A stretch of DNA of 64,000 nt from an uncultured Chloroflexia bacterium (GTDB lineage Bacteria > Chloroflexota > Anaerolineae > JAAYZQ01): contig CAVOXA010000007.1 in assembly GCA_963700285.1 (NCBI GenBank), positions 98,741 to 162,740 on the forward strand, written 5' to 3'. Position numbers and translations under genes: made by a program. This document shows positions 20,163-30,294 of the stretch, piece after piece. How positions within the stretch are numbered: the stretch's first letter is position 1; each line of letters begins with the position of its first letter. The notes under the pieces were generated by a model. It ran no database searches. It had not been told where the DNA came from and saw nothing but the letters and a program-made list of their open reading frames with translations.

Positions 20163-20834
20163 ATGGGCTCTCAGTTACCCCAACCCGCTGGGCGTAGGCC
20201 GTGGGTCGAGGTCCTCGATGAAAGGGAGGATTATCGGTTCGGCGGCCTCTTTTGCATTGTGCTCGCCACGCTCCGCTACCGGCGCTTTGACGGAGAGATG
20301 AGCGCACAGGTGCAGCGTATCAACTTTGAGCGTGGTGACTCAGTGGGGGTACTGCTCTTCGACCCAAAGGCAGAGGCAGTGGTCCTGGTGCGCCAGTTTC
20401 GCTACCCGGTCTATGCCGGCCTCGAGCCTGAGGCGCGAACTGGGGCTGGAGCCCAGAGGGCATGGCTGCTGGAGATCGTCGCCGGCATGCAGGACAGCGG
20501 CCGGACGGTACGCGAGGTGGCTCATCGGGAGTTGCTGGAGGAGGCGGGCTACGGGCTTCAGGGGAGTTTGCAGCCAATCGCCACCATCTATGCCAGCCCG
20601 GGCGGTACCTCGGAGCGTATCCATATTTTCCTGGCTGAGGTCAAAGGCGGTTCGCCCGTGGGTCCTGGAGGTGGGTCCGCGTCGGAGGGGGAAGATACGC
20701 AGGTCGTTGTCCTGCCCCTGCTAGAGGCCATGGCCATGGTTGCCCGTGGGGAGATACAGGACGCCAAGACCGTCGTGGCCCTCCAGCATCTGGCCCTGCA
20801 GCGGGCCCTTGGTCAGGAGATGGCGGGCGCCTAG
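20163..20834 (+). CDS. NUDIX hydrolase (ADP-ribose pyrophosphatase NudF/NudK-like)
   Basis: LVRQFRYP, EIVAG...AHRELLEEAG Nudix box, SPGG, EGED, DAKT. Confidence 0.92.
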   Translation: MGSQLPQPAGRRPWVEVLDEREDYRFGGLFCIVLATLRYRRFDGEMSAQVQRINFERGDSVGVLLFDPKAEAVVLVRQFRYPVYAGLEPEARTGAGAQRAWLLEIVAGMQDSGRTVREVAHRELLEEAGYGLQGSLQPIATIYASPGGTSERIHIFLAEVKGGSPVGPGGGSASEGEDTQVVVLPLLEAMAMVARGEIQDAKTVVALQHLALQRALGQEMAGA

Positions 20835-20909
20835 ACCGTCCATGTTTGGGGGTGGTGGCTGGGGCCAAGTTGTGGTAAAATGTGCCCCATCCTGGCCCGA
20901 GGTCCGAGC

Positions 20910-22031
20910 ATGAAACGTACTGCTGACGTTGTCATCATTGGTGGAGGTATCCAGGGGCTGAGCCTGGCCTATCATCTGGCTATCAAGGGTCTTACCGACG
21001 TATGCCTCCTGGAGATGAACACCCTGGGCAGCGGCTCGTCGGGGCGTTCGGCGACCATCATCGGCTACACTTTCCAGTCGGAGCAGTCGCTGCCCCTCAC
21101 GCGCTGGTCCTTTGCCGCACTGGGGCGTTTTGAGGACGAGCTGGAGGCAAGCCCTGGCTTCGAGCCGATCGGTTGCCTGTTGCTGGCTGGCCCACAGTCC
21201 GGCCCAAAGCTGCGAGATCGCAGCACCCTCCTGCAGGGTATGGGCATCGCCAGCCGTCTGGTGGACGACGCGGAAATCCTCGGCCTGACACCGGGCCTGA
21301 ACCTGGCGGACATCGACACGGCTGTGTACAATGCCGGGGCAGGCGCCATCGATGCTCACTCGATGATGATGGCCTATGCGGCTCAGGCCCGCCGCTTGGG
21401 CGTGGAGCTTGTCGAAGGGATTCGGGCGACCGGACTGCTGACCCAGGGGCAGCGGGTGGTGGGGGTGGAGACGACGGCGGGCGCCGTCGCAACGCCTTGC
21501 GTGGTCAATGCAGCCGGCTTTCGGGCCCGCCAGGTCGCTGCCTGGGCCGGGCTGGACCTGCCCATCACCAACCTGAAGCGCCACATCTTTTTCACGGGCC
21601 CTGTTTCCGCCTATTCCGGCCCCATCCCGTTCACCTATGACCATGACGCGGCCTGGTACATGCGTCGCGAGGGGCCGGGTTTACTCATGGGCATGGGATC
21701 GGTGGAGAGCGACGAGGAGGATCCCAAGGTGGACTGGTCTTTCCTCGACGAGGTGATCGATCACGCGCTGCACCGCGCTCCACCGCTGGAGACCGCAACC
21801 GTCCAGAGCGCTTGGGCGGGCCTACGTCCCATGACACCGGATGAAGATCCCATCCTGGGGCCGGCGCCCCAACTGCGGGGGTTCTACAACGACTGCGGAT
21901 GGGGTGGCCACGGCGTCATGCACTCGCCAGCGGCGGGCATGGCGCTGGCTGAATGGATCGTAGATGGCCGGGCGAACTCGGTGGACCTTGCTTGCTTTGG
22001 CGCGGAGCGCTTTGAGGGGTTGGGGGGCTAG
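20910..22031 (+). CDS. FAD-dependent oxidoreductase (sarcosine oxidase beta/DAO family)
   Basis: VVIIGGGIQG, GSSGRS, WAGLRPMTPD, GWGGHG. Confidence 0.9.
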   Translation: MKRTADVVIIGGGIQGLSLAYHLAIKGLTDVCLLEMNTLGSGSSGRSATIIGYTFQSEQSLPLTRWSFAALGRFEDELEASPGFEPIGCLLLAGPQSGPKLRDRSTLLQGMGIASRLVDDAEILGLTPGLNLADIDTAVYNAGAGAIDAHSMMMAYAAQARRLGVELVEGIRATGLLTQGQRVVGVETTAGAVATPCVVNAAGFRARQVAAWAGLDLPITNLKRHIFFTGPVSAYSGPIPFTYDHDAAWYMRREGPGLLMGMGSVESDEEDPKVDWSFLDEVIDHALHRAPPLETATVQSAWAGLRPMTPDEDPILGPAPQLRGFYNDCGWGGHGVMHSPAAGMALAEWIVDGRANSVDLACFGAERFEGLGG

Positions 22032-22059
22032 TACTTTTTCAGGGTGAAAATGACATACT

Positions 22060-22160
22060 TGTCATTGCGAGCGCAGCGAAGCAATCCCTATGAAATCGTG
22101 AGAAATCGACAGCTTGGCGCAAGTGGGGATTGCTTCGTCGCTTCGCTCCTCGCAATGACA
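22060..22160. repeat. palindromic repeat GTCATTGCGAG...CTCGCAATGAC between convergent genes
   Basis: TGTCATTGCGAGCGCAGCGAAGCAATCCC ... GGGATTGCTTCGTCGCTTCGCTCCTCGCAATGACA. Confidence 0.9.
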
Positions 22161-22214
22161 CGCATCATAACCATGTTGGACAGGTACTAGGGCGAGAGGC
22201 GTCCTTTGGATGGT

Positions 22215-23468
22215 TCAGTCCCTACGATAGAGAGTCAAGACCATCCTTGTGCCGCTGCCCGGGATGCTCTCCAGCCGCAGGTGCCCGTCCATCCGCCTGG
22301 CTCTTTCCTGCATGCCGGCCAGGCCGTAGCACTCTGGCCGGCGCATGCTCTCTGCCACGTCGAATCCGACGCCATCGTCTTCTACTACGACCTTCAGTTC
22401 TTCCCCGGCCGTAAGTACCTGCACGTGCACCAGGTCTGCCTGCGCATGGCGGGCCACATTGCTCAGGCTTTCCTCGACGACGCGCAGAATCCCCTCGGCC
22501 ATTGCTGGCGGTACCTCTACCGCCAAGTCATCCACCTCGAGGGATGCCTGGATCCCGGCAGAACCAGTAAAATCATCAACCTTCCCGATCAGGGCCTCGA
22601 TGAAGCTGCCCGGTTCCAGCGTCGTCGCGCGTAGGGCCTGGCTGGCGTGGTCCGCGATCTCCTGGGCCACCCGGGCCTGCTCCAAAGCCTGCTGCAGCTC
22701 AGTCAGCAACTTCTCTGGTTCCGGTTGGCCCTCTTCCAGTTCGCGGCCGGAAGCCTCCAACTGTCGCGCCAGTTCGGCCAGATGTTGGACCAATTCATCG
22801 TGCAGTTCAAGGGCCGCGCGCTGCTTTTCCTGAGCGACAGACAGGTCCTGTACCAGGGCGGCGTGGGACCGCAAGCGCTGGCGGGCAAGATCAAGCTCCT
22901 GGTCCAAAAGGCGCACGCTCTCACGAGCTTGGATCTGGCGAGCGTAGAGCAGTACGCAGAGGAAGGCAAAGGCCACCATCAGGGCGACCACGGGCAAATA
23001 GCCAACCAAGAACCCGATGTCCCACATCAGGATACCGTTCAAGGCGAACAGGCCGAGACAGGCCAGGACAGCCAGGACCGCAGCGCGGGTATTGGGCCAG
23101 ACGATGGCCACTGCTTCTCCGACCAGGGCGATGTAGAGGCCAACGATCAGGCCCTGGCTCTGGATCAGCGCGCTCATGCCCAGGAGCAGCAGGCCCTGCA
23201 CGGCCAGGTAGGCGGCCAGCCATGACCAGCCCTGGTCCTTCGCCGCGTGCATTCTCAGGCGCGGGCTGAGCCCATGCAGGACCGCGTGCATGGCCATGAG
23301 CGCCGTGAACAGGGCAAGCTGTAGCGGATCCCGCATCGATCCGGCAGAGACGACGACCACCAGGTAGGTCGCCCCCAGCACCGCATACAGAACGAGGAGG
23401 AAGGGCAGGGCGGCGGCCGCCTCCTCTTTGGTAGAGAAGCCCAGGCTGGAAGATAGACGTTGGACCAT
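22215..23468 (-). CDS. membrane sensor histidine kinase (HisKA_3, NarX/DesK-like)
   Basis: Multiple TM helices, ALELHD phospho-His, ESLSNVARHA, EDDGVGF, YGLAGMQER. Confidence 0.9.
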   Translation of the reverse strand: MVQRLSSSLGFSTKEEAAAALPFLLVLYAVLGATYLVVVVSAGSMRDPLQLALFTALMAMHAVLHGLSPRLRMHAAKDQGWSWLAAYLAVQGLLLLGMSALIQSQGLIVGLYIALVGEAVAIVWPNTRAAVLAVLACLGLFALNGILMWDIGFLVGYLPVVALMVAFAFLCVLLYARQIQARESVRLLDQELDLARQRLRSHAALVQDLSVAQEKQRAALELHDELVQHLAELARQLEASGRELEEGQPEPEKLLTELQQALEQARVAQEIADHASQALRATTLEPGSFIEALIGKVDDFTGSAGIQASLEVDDLAVEVPPAMAEGILRVVEESLSNVARHAQADLVHVQVLTAGEELKVVVEDDGVGFDVAESMRRPECYGLAGMQERARRMDGHLRLESIPGSGTRMVLTLYRRD

Positions 23469-23658
23469 GGTGAAACCTCAAGGCCATTGTACCACAAAAG
23501 AGGGTCATGAGATAGTTGTAGAGTGGCAGGCTGTGGCCCGCTTGGCAGGGAGTCTGGTTTGCTTGCCAAAACCACGTCCCGTTGCTATACTGGATGGGTT
23601 GAGCCCGGGTTGCTTGCTCCGTGATCTCGGACCAGGCTGGGCCGACAGCAGGAGCGGT

Positions 23659-23793
23659 GGACTGTGGTCCACCTGGAGCTGTTGAGAGAGCTTTCACACA
23701 GTCTGGCTTGTGCTGGACCACAGTCCAGCACCTGCGCGCAGGGACCGCCAGACTGTGGCCTGCCTGGAACTGTTGAGAGAGCTTTCACACAGT
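23659..23793. repeat. intergenic repeat: 13-bp inverted repeat plus a 24-bp direct repeat spaced 91 bp
   Basis: GGACTGTGGTCCA (23659) and TGGACCACAGTCC (23714). CTGTTGAGAGAGCTTTCACACAGT at 23679 and 23770. Confidence 0.8.
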
Positions 23794-23841
23794 TTGGAGC
23801 TGTTGGGGTGAGGATGCGGTGATCCGAGAGCAATCGCTTGC

Positions 23842-25056
23842 CTACACCAAGGGCTTTGTCTCAGTCGCTGGCTGCTCCGGGACGGGGCTTTCTCCTTTGA
23901 GCCAGCCCAGGCTCAGGAAAAAGCCGATGAGCATGATGAAGGAGCCACTCCAATAGGGGTAGCTGATATTGCTGTCAAAGACAAAGCCTGCCCAGGACGG
24001 CCCGACCATCCTTCCCAGGCTCATGAAGGAGTTGTTCAGGCCCATGGCCACGCCCTGGCCGCCGCTGGCCCGCTGGGAGATCAGGGCCGAGACCGCGGGC
24101 CGGAGCAGGGCGTTGCTGATGATGAAAAAGCTCACGGTCAGCAGGACGGCGACGTAGGTCTCAGCTTGCAGCATGAGGACAAAGCCGATGGCGCTGCCCA
24201 GCAGAGAGGCGCGGATGATGGCCACCTCGCCCCAGCGCTTGGTAAGCGGGCCGGTCAGCCCACCCTGGACCAGCGCCGAGGCCAGGCCGATGACGGTCAG
24301 AATGGTACCCACGCGCGCCGGGCCATAATCGTAGCGCTGCAGCGCGTACAGGCCAAAGACTGCCTCAAAGTTGGCGAGCCCGTAGGAAACCAGGAAGGCG
24401 AGGATGAGTAGAAAGCCAATGGGCCCAAAGAGCGCTTTCCACATCTCGCCAAACTGCGGTCCCTGCAAGCCCTTGCCGCCCTGCGTGCGCGCCTCTTTTG
24501 GCAGCGACTCGGGCAGGGCCAGCCAGACAAAGGGCAGCATCAGGGCGGAGAGCCCGGCCGCGATAAAGAAAGGCAGCGATAGCGACTGCGTGGCCAGCCA
24601 GCCGCCCAGTCCGGGGCCCAGAACCATGCCTACGCCCATGGCAGCGCCGAGCATGCCCATGCCGCCGCCCCGATCCTCGTCGGAGGTACTGTCGCCGATG
24701 TAGGCCATGGCCGTGGGCAGCGTGGCGGCGGACAGGATGCCCGCCAGGGCGCGGGAGGCGAAGAGCATCCACAACTCGGTAGACAGGCCAAAGAGCAGTT
24801 GGGAAACGGCATAGCCCAGGATGCCGATCATCAGCACCCCTTTGCGCCCATGCCGGTCTGAGAGCTGTCCCCAGAGGGGTGCAAAAAGGAACTGCATCGC
24901 GGCAAAGGTCGCCATCAGAAGGCCCAGTTCGCTGCCGCTGGCGCCAAAGCTGTCGATGTAGAAGGGGATGAGCGGGATGATCATCCCAAAGCCCAGCATG
25001 ATCACGACCAGCGTGATAAAGAGGATGGCCATGCTGCGGCGGTTGTGCTTTGTCAT
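23842..25056 (-). CDS. MFS efflux transporter (TetA/Bmr-like)
   Basis: WGQLSDRHGRK motif A, GMVLGPGLGG motif C, about 12 hydrophobic segments. Confidence 0.92.
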   Translation of the reverse strand: MTKHNRRSMAILFITLVVIMLGFGMIIPLIPFYIDSFGASGSELGLLMATFAAMQFLFAPLWGQLSDRHGRKGVLMIGILGYAVSQLLFGLSTELWMLFASRALAGILSAATLPTAMAYIGDSTSDEDRGGGMGMLGAAMGVGMVLGPGLGGWLATQSLSLPFFIAAGLSALMLPFVWLALPESLPKEARTQGGKGLQGPQFGEMWKALFGPIGFLLILAFLVSYGLANFEAVFGLYALQRYDYGPARVGTILTVIGLASALVQGGLTGPLTKRWGEVAIIRASLLGSAIGFVLMLQAETYVAVLLTVSFFIISNALLRPAVSALISQRASGGQGVAMGLNNSFMSLGRMVGPSWAGFVFDSNISYPYWSGSFIMLIGFFLSLGWLKGESPVPEQPATETKPLV

Positions 25057-25142
25057 AGACTCTTGTCCTTTCCGGTGACGGCTGATTATAGGTAGGCATC
25101 ACCGATCTGTCAAAAACGAACGGGTGGGGGGAATCAAGGACC

Positions 25143-25967
25143 ATGCACGAATCGGAGACCATCGAGCGGAACCGGCGCGGTTGGAATGCCATAGCAAATA
25201 GCTATCAGGCTGAGAGGCGGATCTCGCTCAACGATGTGCACTATGGCCCGCTGGCCGCGGGCGAGCGGGAGCTTGGGCTGCTGGGGGAGGTGGCCGGCTT
25301 GCGGATCCTTGAGGTCGGCTGTGGCGGCGGGCAGAACAGCCTGGTGCTAACCCGCTGGGGCGCAAGCTGTGTTGGGATTGACCCTTCAAGCTTTCAGTTG
25401 GCCCACGCCCGGCGCCTGGCCCAGGAGCAGGGCCTGTCAGTACAATTCGCCATCGGGATCGCCGAGGATCTGAGCGATTTTCAGGATGGCAGCTTTGACC
25501 TCGTACTCTCGTCCTATGCCTTTGACTATGTGGCAGACCTGGGCAAGGCCTGCAGCGAAGCGTGGCGCGTCCTCAAACCGGGCGGGCTGTTTGTCTTTTG
25601 CCAGAGCCATCCCTGGTTCCAGGCTGTGGGCTGGCACCTGGCCGGCGACGCCGACGCAGCCGAGGTAGGAGACTATGCCGCCTGGCCCGATCTGGAGGAG
25701 TGGGACTGGGAATTCGAGGACGGCACATCGGTGCCGATGCGAGGACACCTGCGGCCGCTGGCGCAGATTGTCAACTGTGTGATCGACAGTGGCTTTCATC
25801 TGGAGCGGATGGTGGAGCAGGCCACGGAGGATGTGGCGGGGGCCTCGGCCGAAGAACTGGCCCGCCTGCCTTACTTGAACTCCTATGATACCAGGAGCAA
25901 GGAGTACGAAATCATGCGCAAGCTGCCCTTTACGCTCATCATCCGGGCCAGAAAACCGGATCGGTGA
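25143..25967 (+). CDS. class I SAM-dependent methyltransferase
   Basis: ILEVGCGGG, SFDLVLSS, RVLKPGG. Confidence 0.92.
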   Translation: MHESETIERNRRGWNAIANSYQAERRISLNDVHYGPLAAGERELGLLGEVAGLRILEVGCGGGQNSLVLTRWGASCVGIDPSSFQLAHARRLAQEQGLSVQFAIGIAEDLSDFQDGSFDLVLSSYAFDYVADLGKACSEAWRVLKPGGLFVFCQSHPWFQAVGWHLAGDADAAEVGDYAAWPDLEEWDWEFEDGTSVPMRGHLRPLAQIVNCVIDSGFHLERMVEQATEDVAGASAEELARLPYLNSYDTRSKEYEIMRKLPFTLIIRARKPDR

Positions 25968-26132
25968 GGGGTAGGGTCTTGCATTCCTGCTAGAGTGCCT
26001 GGAAAGGGCCATCCTCCCGCAGGCTCGCACTGGTATCGGCCTCGCTGCAGACCGCTTCTGCCAGGGCTTGGCATAGTACCCCGTGCCACAAGCCTGCGGG
26101 AGGATCCCGATGGCGATTTGTAACTGGAGTGC

Positions 26133-28577
26133 CTACTCGGCGGCGTAGCGGGCGAGATTCTGCCAGAAGGGCAGGTTGTCGGGGCCATCCCAGCCGGAGG
26201 CGAGTATGCCCAGGTCGGCGAGGGCCAGGACCTGGCCCCCGGCGTCCCCATGGTCGACCAGAACCACGGCTGGCTCGTCGCCCACACGGGCCAGCACAGT
26301 CCCGTCCACGTCATCGATGGGATCGAAGCGCAGACTGTTGTTCTCCAACAGGGAAAGCGTGGCTACGTCTGACACAAGGGGATGCTGCCCCTCGGTCTTG
26401 GCCCGGATGCCATCCAGCCCCCGGCCCTGGTATGTCAGGCCAAAGCGCGATGCCAGAGCATTGGCGTCCATCACGTCCTCGTTGGCATCCTCGACCCTGG
26501 CCCCATACTTGAGACGGTGGCCGCTGTTGGTCAGGACCAGCAATCCGCCATCCGCCACGTAGCCTTCCAGTGCATCCACCTCTTCCGTCGTCCAGGCTTC
26601 GTCGTACAGGTTGAGGTTGGTGTCCAGGCTGGGATAGTCTACGACCGGGAGGGCGATGACCAGGTCGGTCCCTGCCAGGTCCGCCCCAGTCACAGGCTGG
26701 CCATAGGGGATCAGGTCCACGTCAAAGCCTTCCATGGCCAGCGCCATGCCCAGGTCGGTGAACCAGGCGGGCGTCATGTGCACCGCTTCGGTGTGGCTGG
26801 CGACAAAGAGCGCGCGGTGTTCCGCTTCGGGTGGGACGCGCAGGTCGGCCGTGCCGGCCGGGACCTCCAGCGCTGCGGCCAGCGCCACGCGCGCCATCTC
26901 CTCCAGGACGTCCCCCACCTCGCGGGCCAATTCCACCGTATCGTAGGGGTCGTGGATGTGCGCCGCGTAGTGGAGGCTGCCCGTGGCTTCCATGGCCTCT
27001 TCGTCCACGTAGATCAGGTCGGCGTGGGGAACATTGTAGGCGCCAAACACGCTGTTGTCCGAGTAGGTGGTAAAGAGGTCCTCCGCCACCGTCTGGACAC
27101 CGTGGCCGGCCGAAGCCTCGGCCAGATAGTCGGGCCACAGGAGCCGGCCGTCGCCCAGCCGGCCGTAGGACCAGGTAACCAGGGTGATCTCGGCGGGGAT
27201 GCCGTCCAGGGGATGGCTCAGCATGTCGGTCTGCAACATGGCCTGCGTCCGGTCGAGCAGCTCCTGGTGGGTGGCCACAAAGTGGGAGGCGCCATAGAGC
27301 CCCAGCTCCTCGCTGCCAAACCAGACCAGGTACAGGTCGGTGGGCGGGGCGGTCTGCGACTCATCGAGCACGCGGGCCACCTCCATCAGGATCACCGAGC
27401 CGCTGCCATCGTCCATGGCCCCGGGCGAGTTGGGGCTGTCAATGTGGGCGCCCAAGATCATGGCCCGTGACGGATCTGCACCGGGGATGCGGGCGATGAG
27501 GTTGCTGGAGGTCGCCGGCGAAAAGACATCCGCGTCCCAGGTCAGGCGAGCTGACTCTACGCCCTCCAGATCCTGCCAATCCTCAATCCCAGCAGGGCTC
27601 AGATCCTCCAGGCGGACGTAGAGGGTGGGCGGCGCCGTGGCCGTGCCCACCCAGTTGAGGGCGCTCAGGTCGCCGGCAAAGGCGCCATGGCTTTGCCCCA
27701 CCCGGTTGGAGAAGGTCGTGACCAGCACCAGGCCCGCGGGCTCTTTTTCCAGCAGCTCCCAGGCGACCTGTACCCCCTGCTGGGTACTGCCCTGCACGAT
27801 GCGGTCGACGGCCGCATAGTCCAGGAACACCACCTTGCCCTCCACGTCCTTCCGCTTCAGGGCATTGACCTCGTCGGCGGAGCGGACCAATAGCGTGGGA
27901 CCCTCAACCACTACAGGGTCGCGGGCCGAATCGTTGAGCGCGCCGTCGGAATCAAAGCGCAGCGCCTGCGTAACGTCATCGCGCGGCCCGCGCAGGCCGT
28001 CGGCTGGCACCTCCGTCTCCTGCCCGTCAACGGTCAGATGGAGACGGGTGTCCCAGAGTTCGGTGCCCAGAAAGACGTGAAAATCCTGGCGCTCGAACTC
28101 TAGCCCCAGCTCGCGCAGATACTCGTGGCTCCCAAGTGTCTGCGTGACATAATCCTGGGCTTCAGCCTCGCCCTCGCTGGCCGAGTTCCGCCAGCCGGAA
28201 TAGGGCTGAATGGCAGTCAGGTCCTCCAGGTAGCCAAAGAGGCTGTCCTGAGATATGAGGTCAAAGGGGTCAGACTCTGGCATCGGGCTGGCCGTGGGAG
28301 CGGAGCCTTCGACGGCGGTGGTGGGTGTGGCTTGGGCCTCTGTTGGCTTTGATTCCGGTGCGGGAGCCGGCGTCGGGGAGGATCTGGCCATTTCCACAGT
28401 GGGCTGAGGGGGCGAGGTTGGCGCTGGTGGTGATGGGCTAGGGGCCTTTGCCTGGGCAGTGGGCTGGTCCGCAACGCCGGCAGGGGAATCCGCTTGCCGG
28501 GGCAGGAGCTGCGACGCAAACCAGACAGCAATCGCGACGACGACAACAGCCAGTAGAATGTACAGCAGTTTTCTCAT
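26133..28577 (-). CDS. membrane-anchored/secreted M28 family peptidase
   Basis: N-terminal TM, P/T/S-rich linker, GAHIDS, GAMDDGSG, SEELGLYG, SDN, HDPYD. Confidence 0.88.
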   Translation of the reverse strand: MRKLLYILLAVVVVAIAVWFASQLLPRQADSPAGVADQPTAQAKAPSPSPPAPTSPPQPTVEMARSSPTPAPAPESKPTEAQATPTTAVEGSAPTASPMPESDPFDLISQDSLFGYLEDLTAIQPYSGWRNSASEGEAEAQDYVTQTLGSHEYLRELGLEFERQDFHVFLGTELWDTRLHLTVDGQETEVPADGLRGPRDDVTQALRFDSDGALNDSARDPVVVEGPTLLVRSADEVNALKRKDVEGKVVFLDYAAVDRIVQGSTQQGVQVAWELLEKEPAGLVLVTTFSNRVGQSHGAFAGDLSALNWVGTATAPPTLYVRLEDLSPAGIEDWQDLEGVESARLTWDADVFSPATSSNLIARIPGADPSRAMILGAHIDSPNSPGAMDDGSGSVILMEVARVLDESQTAPPTDLYLVWFGSEELGLYGASHFVATHQELLDRTQAMLQTDMLSHPLDGIPAEITLVTWSYGRLGDGRLLWPDYLAEASAGHGVQTVAEDLFTTYSDNSVFGAYNVPHADLIYVDEEAMEATGSLHYAAHIHDPYDTVELAREVGDVLEEMARVALAAALEVPAGTADLRVPPEAEHRALFVASHTEAVHMTPAWFTDLGMALAMEGFDVDLIPYGQPVTGADLAGTDLVIALPVVDYPSLDTNLNLYDEAWTTEEVDALEGYVADGGLLVLTNSGHRLKYGARVEDANEDVMDANALASRFGLTYQGRGLDGIRAKTEGQHPLVSDVATLSLLENNSLRFDPIDDVDGTVLARVGDEPAVVLVDHGDAGGQVLALADLGILASGWDGPDNLPFWQNLARYAAE

Positions 28578-28632
28578 TGACCGACTCCTCAACCGCTACA
28601 ACGCCCTATCCCTGTTGTCTGTTCACCCGCCA

Positions 28633-28668
28633 AGATTCTTCATTCCGCTGCGCTCCATTCAGAATGAC
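28633..28668. repeat. half-copy of GTCATTCTGA-type palindromic repeat
   Basis: AGATTCTTCATTCCGCTGCGCTCCATTCAGAATGAC. Confidence 0.55.
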
Positions 28669-28933
28669 GGAACACCGGATCCTCGCTCCTTCGATGCCGT
28701 GTCGCTGCCAGGTACAGTCGCGGTCACCTGGCGCAGTCCATTGTGCCTGAAGAGGTCGGCCTTGTCAATCTCCAGGATATGGCTTGCGTCCTGAGGCAGC
28801 GGCCTGGTGTTGCCTTTTCTTACTGACAATGGTATACTCGTCTCGCTCGTTTAGCGCCGGGGCCACCATGCCACAGGGGCACCAGTGGCTCGGGCTCGCT
28901 GGCCCAGGTATTGTGCGCCCAAGGAGATCCATC

Positions 28934-29821
28934 ATGCACTTGACCTTGCTTGCTCAGCAGCCATTCATGCTATCGTCCGTACTGGGGTCGCACGGTTGGA
29001 TCCGGTTGGCGCCCAATGGCACGGACGATGCTCTGAGCTGTCTGAACCGTGTGGAGCGGCTGGACTCTGGTTGCGTGGTCGAGATCCTCGTCCAGGAGGC
29101 GGCGGGCGGCGCCAGTGTAGTGGTCGATGGCGATTTGACGGCATTGGACCAGCGCGAGGTCGCCAGCAAGGTAGGTTGGATGCTGGGCCTGGAGCAGGAC
29201 CTGAGCCCCTTTTATGCCCAGGCCCGCCAGGAGCCCAAACTGGCGCAGGTGGAAGCACGCGCCCAGGGCCGCATCCTCCGATCTCCGACGCTCTTTGAGG
29301 ACACAGTCAAGACCATCCTAACCACCAACACTGCCTGGAGCGGCACCATCCGCATGACCGAAAAGCTAGTCGGGCGCTTTGGCTCGCCTCTGCCCGCTGA
29401 GCCAGACCGCCGGGCCTTTCCCACGCCGGAGCAACTGGCGGATACGGACGAGGCGACCCTGCGCGGCGAGGCGGGGCTGGGTTACCGGGCGCCCTACGTG
29501 CTGCGGCTGGCCCGCGACGTGGCTGCCGGGATCCTGGACCTGGAATCGCTCAAGGCCGCAGACATCCCCACCGCAGAGCTTTGCCAGCAACTGTTGGCCA
29601 TCAAGGGCGTGGGGGATTACGCCGCGGCCAACCTGCTGATGATCCTGGGGCGCTATGATCTCATTCCCGTGGATTCATGGGCCTTCAAGATGGTGTCCCA
29701 CGAGTGGTACGGCGGAGAGAGCGTTGGCCGGGCTCAGGTCGAGGAGGCCTTTGAGCGCTGGGGAGAATGGCGGGGACTTGCCTACTGGTGCTGGGATTGG
29801 TCCTACAATAACCCAGGCTAG
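28934..29821 (+). CDS. HhH-GPD DNA glycosylase (AlkA/Ogg-like)
   Basis: FPTPEQLA, GLGYRA, LLAIKGVGDYAA (HhH), IPVD. Confidence 0.9.
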   Translation: MHLTLLAQQPFMLSSVLGSHGWIRLAPNGTDDALSCLNRVERLDSGCVVEILVQEAAGGASVVVDGDLTALDQREVASKVGWMLGLEQDLSPFYAQARQEPKLAQVEARAQGRILRSPTLFEDTVKTILTTNTAWSGTIRMTEKLVGRFGSPLPAEPDRRAFPTPEQLADTDEATLRGEAGLGYRAPYVLRLARDVAAGILDLESLKAADIPTAELCQQLLAIKGVGDYAAANLLMILGRYDLIPVDSWAFKMVSHEWYGGESVGRAQVEEAFERWGEWRGLAYWCWDWSYNNPG

Positions 29822-29845
29822 CCAGCGGACACTATCTATCGAGGC

Positions 29846-30286
29846 ATGACCATGGACACAGTCGAGTACAAGCAGGGCAGGTATACCATCAGTACGGACC
29901 CAACACGGATCGACGTCGACTCGGTGCATGACTATCTCTGCAACACCGCCTATTGGTGCCTGGGACGGCCTCGGGCCGTGGTGGAACGATCCATCGAGCA
30001 TTCCCTCTGTTTTGGCATCTATGCGGGCACTGAGCAGGCTGGCTTTGCCCGCGTCGTGACCGACTATGCTACTTTTGCCTGGCTGTGCGACGTCTTTGTT
30101 TTTGAGGCCTACCGTGGCCAGGGTCTGGGCAAGTGGCTGATCGAGTGTGTGGTGGCCCACCCAGCGCTTCGGGACCTGGGCCTGTTTATCCTGGCCACGA
30201 CCGACGCCCACGAACTCTACCGGCGCTATGGCGGCTTTGAGGCGCTGGAGCGGCCCGAAAAGTGGATGCTGCGCTCGGGAAAGTAA
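29846..30286 (+). CDS. GNAT family N-acetyltransferase
   Basis: GFARVVTDY, DVFV...YRGQGLGK, DAHELY. Confidence 0.92.
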   Translation: MTMDTVEYKQGRYTISTDPTRIDVDSVHDYLCNTAYWCLGRPRAVVERSIEHSLCFGIYAGTEQAGFARVVTDYATFAWLCDVFVFEAYRGQGLGKWLIECVVAHPALRDLGLFILATTDAHELYRRYGGFEALERPEKWMLRSGK

Positions 30287-30294
30287 GAGCGTTC

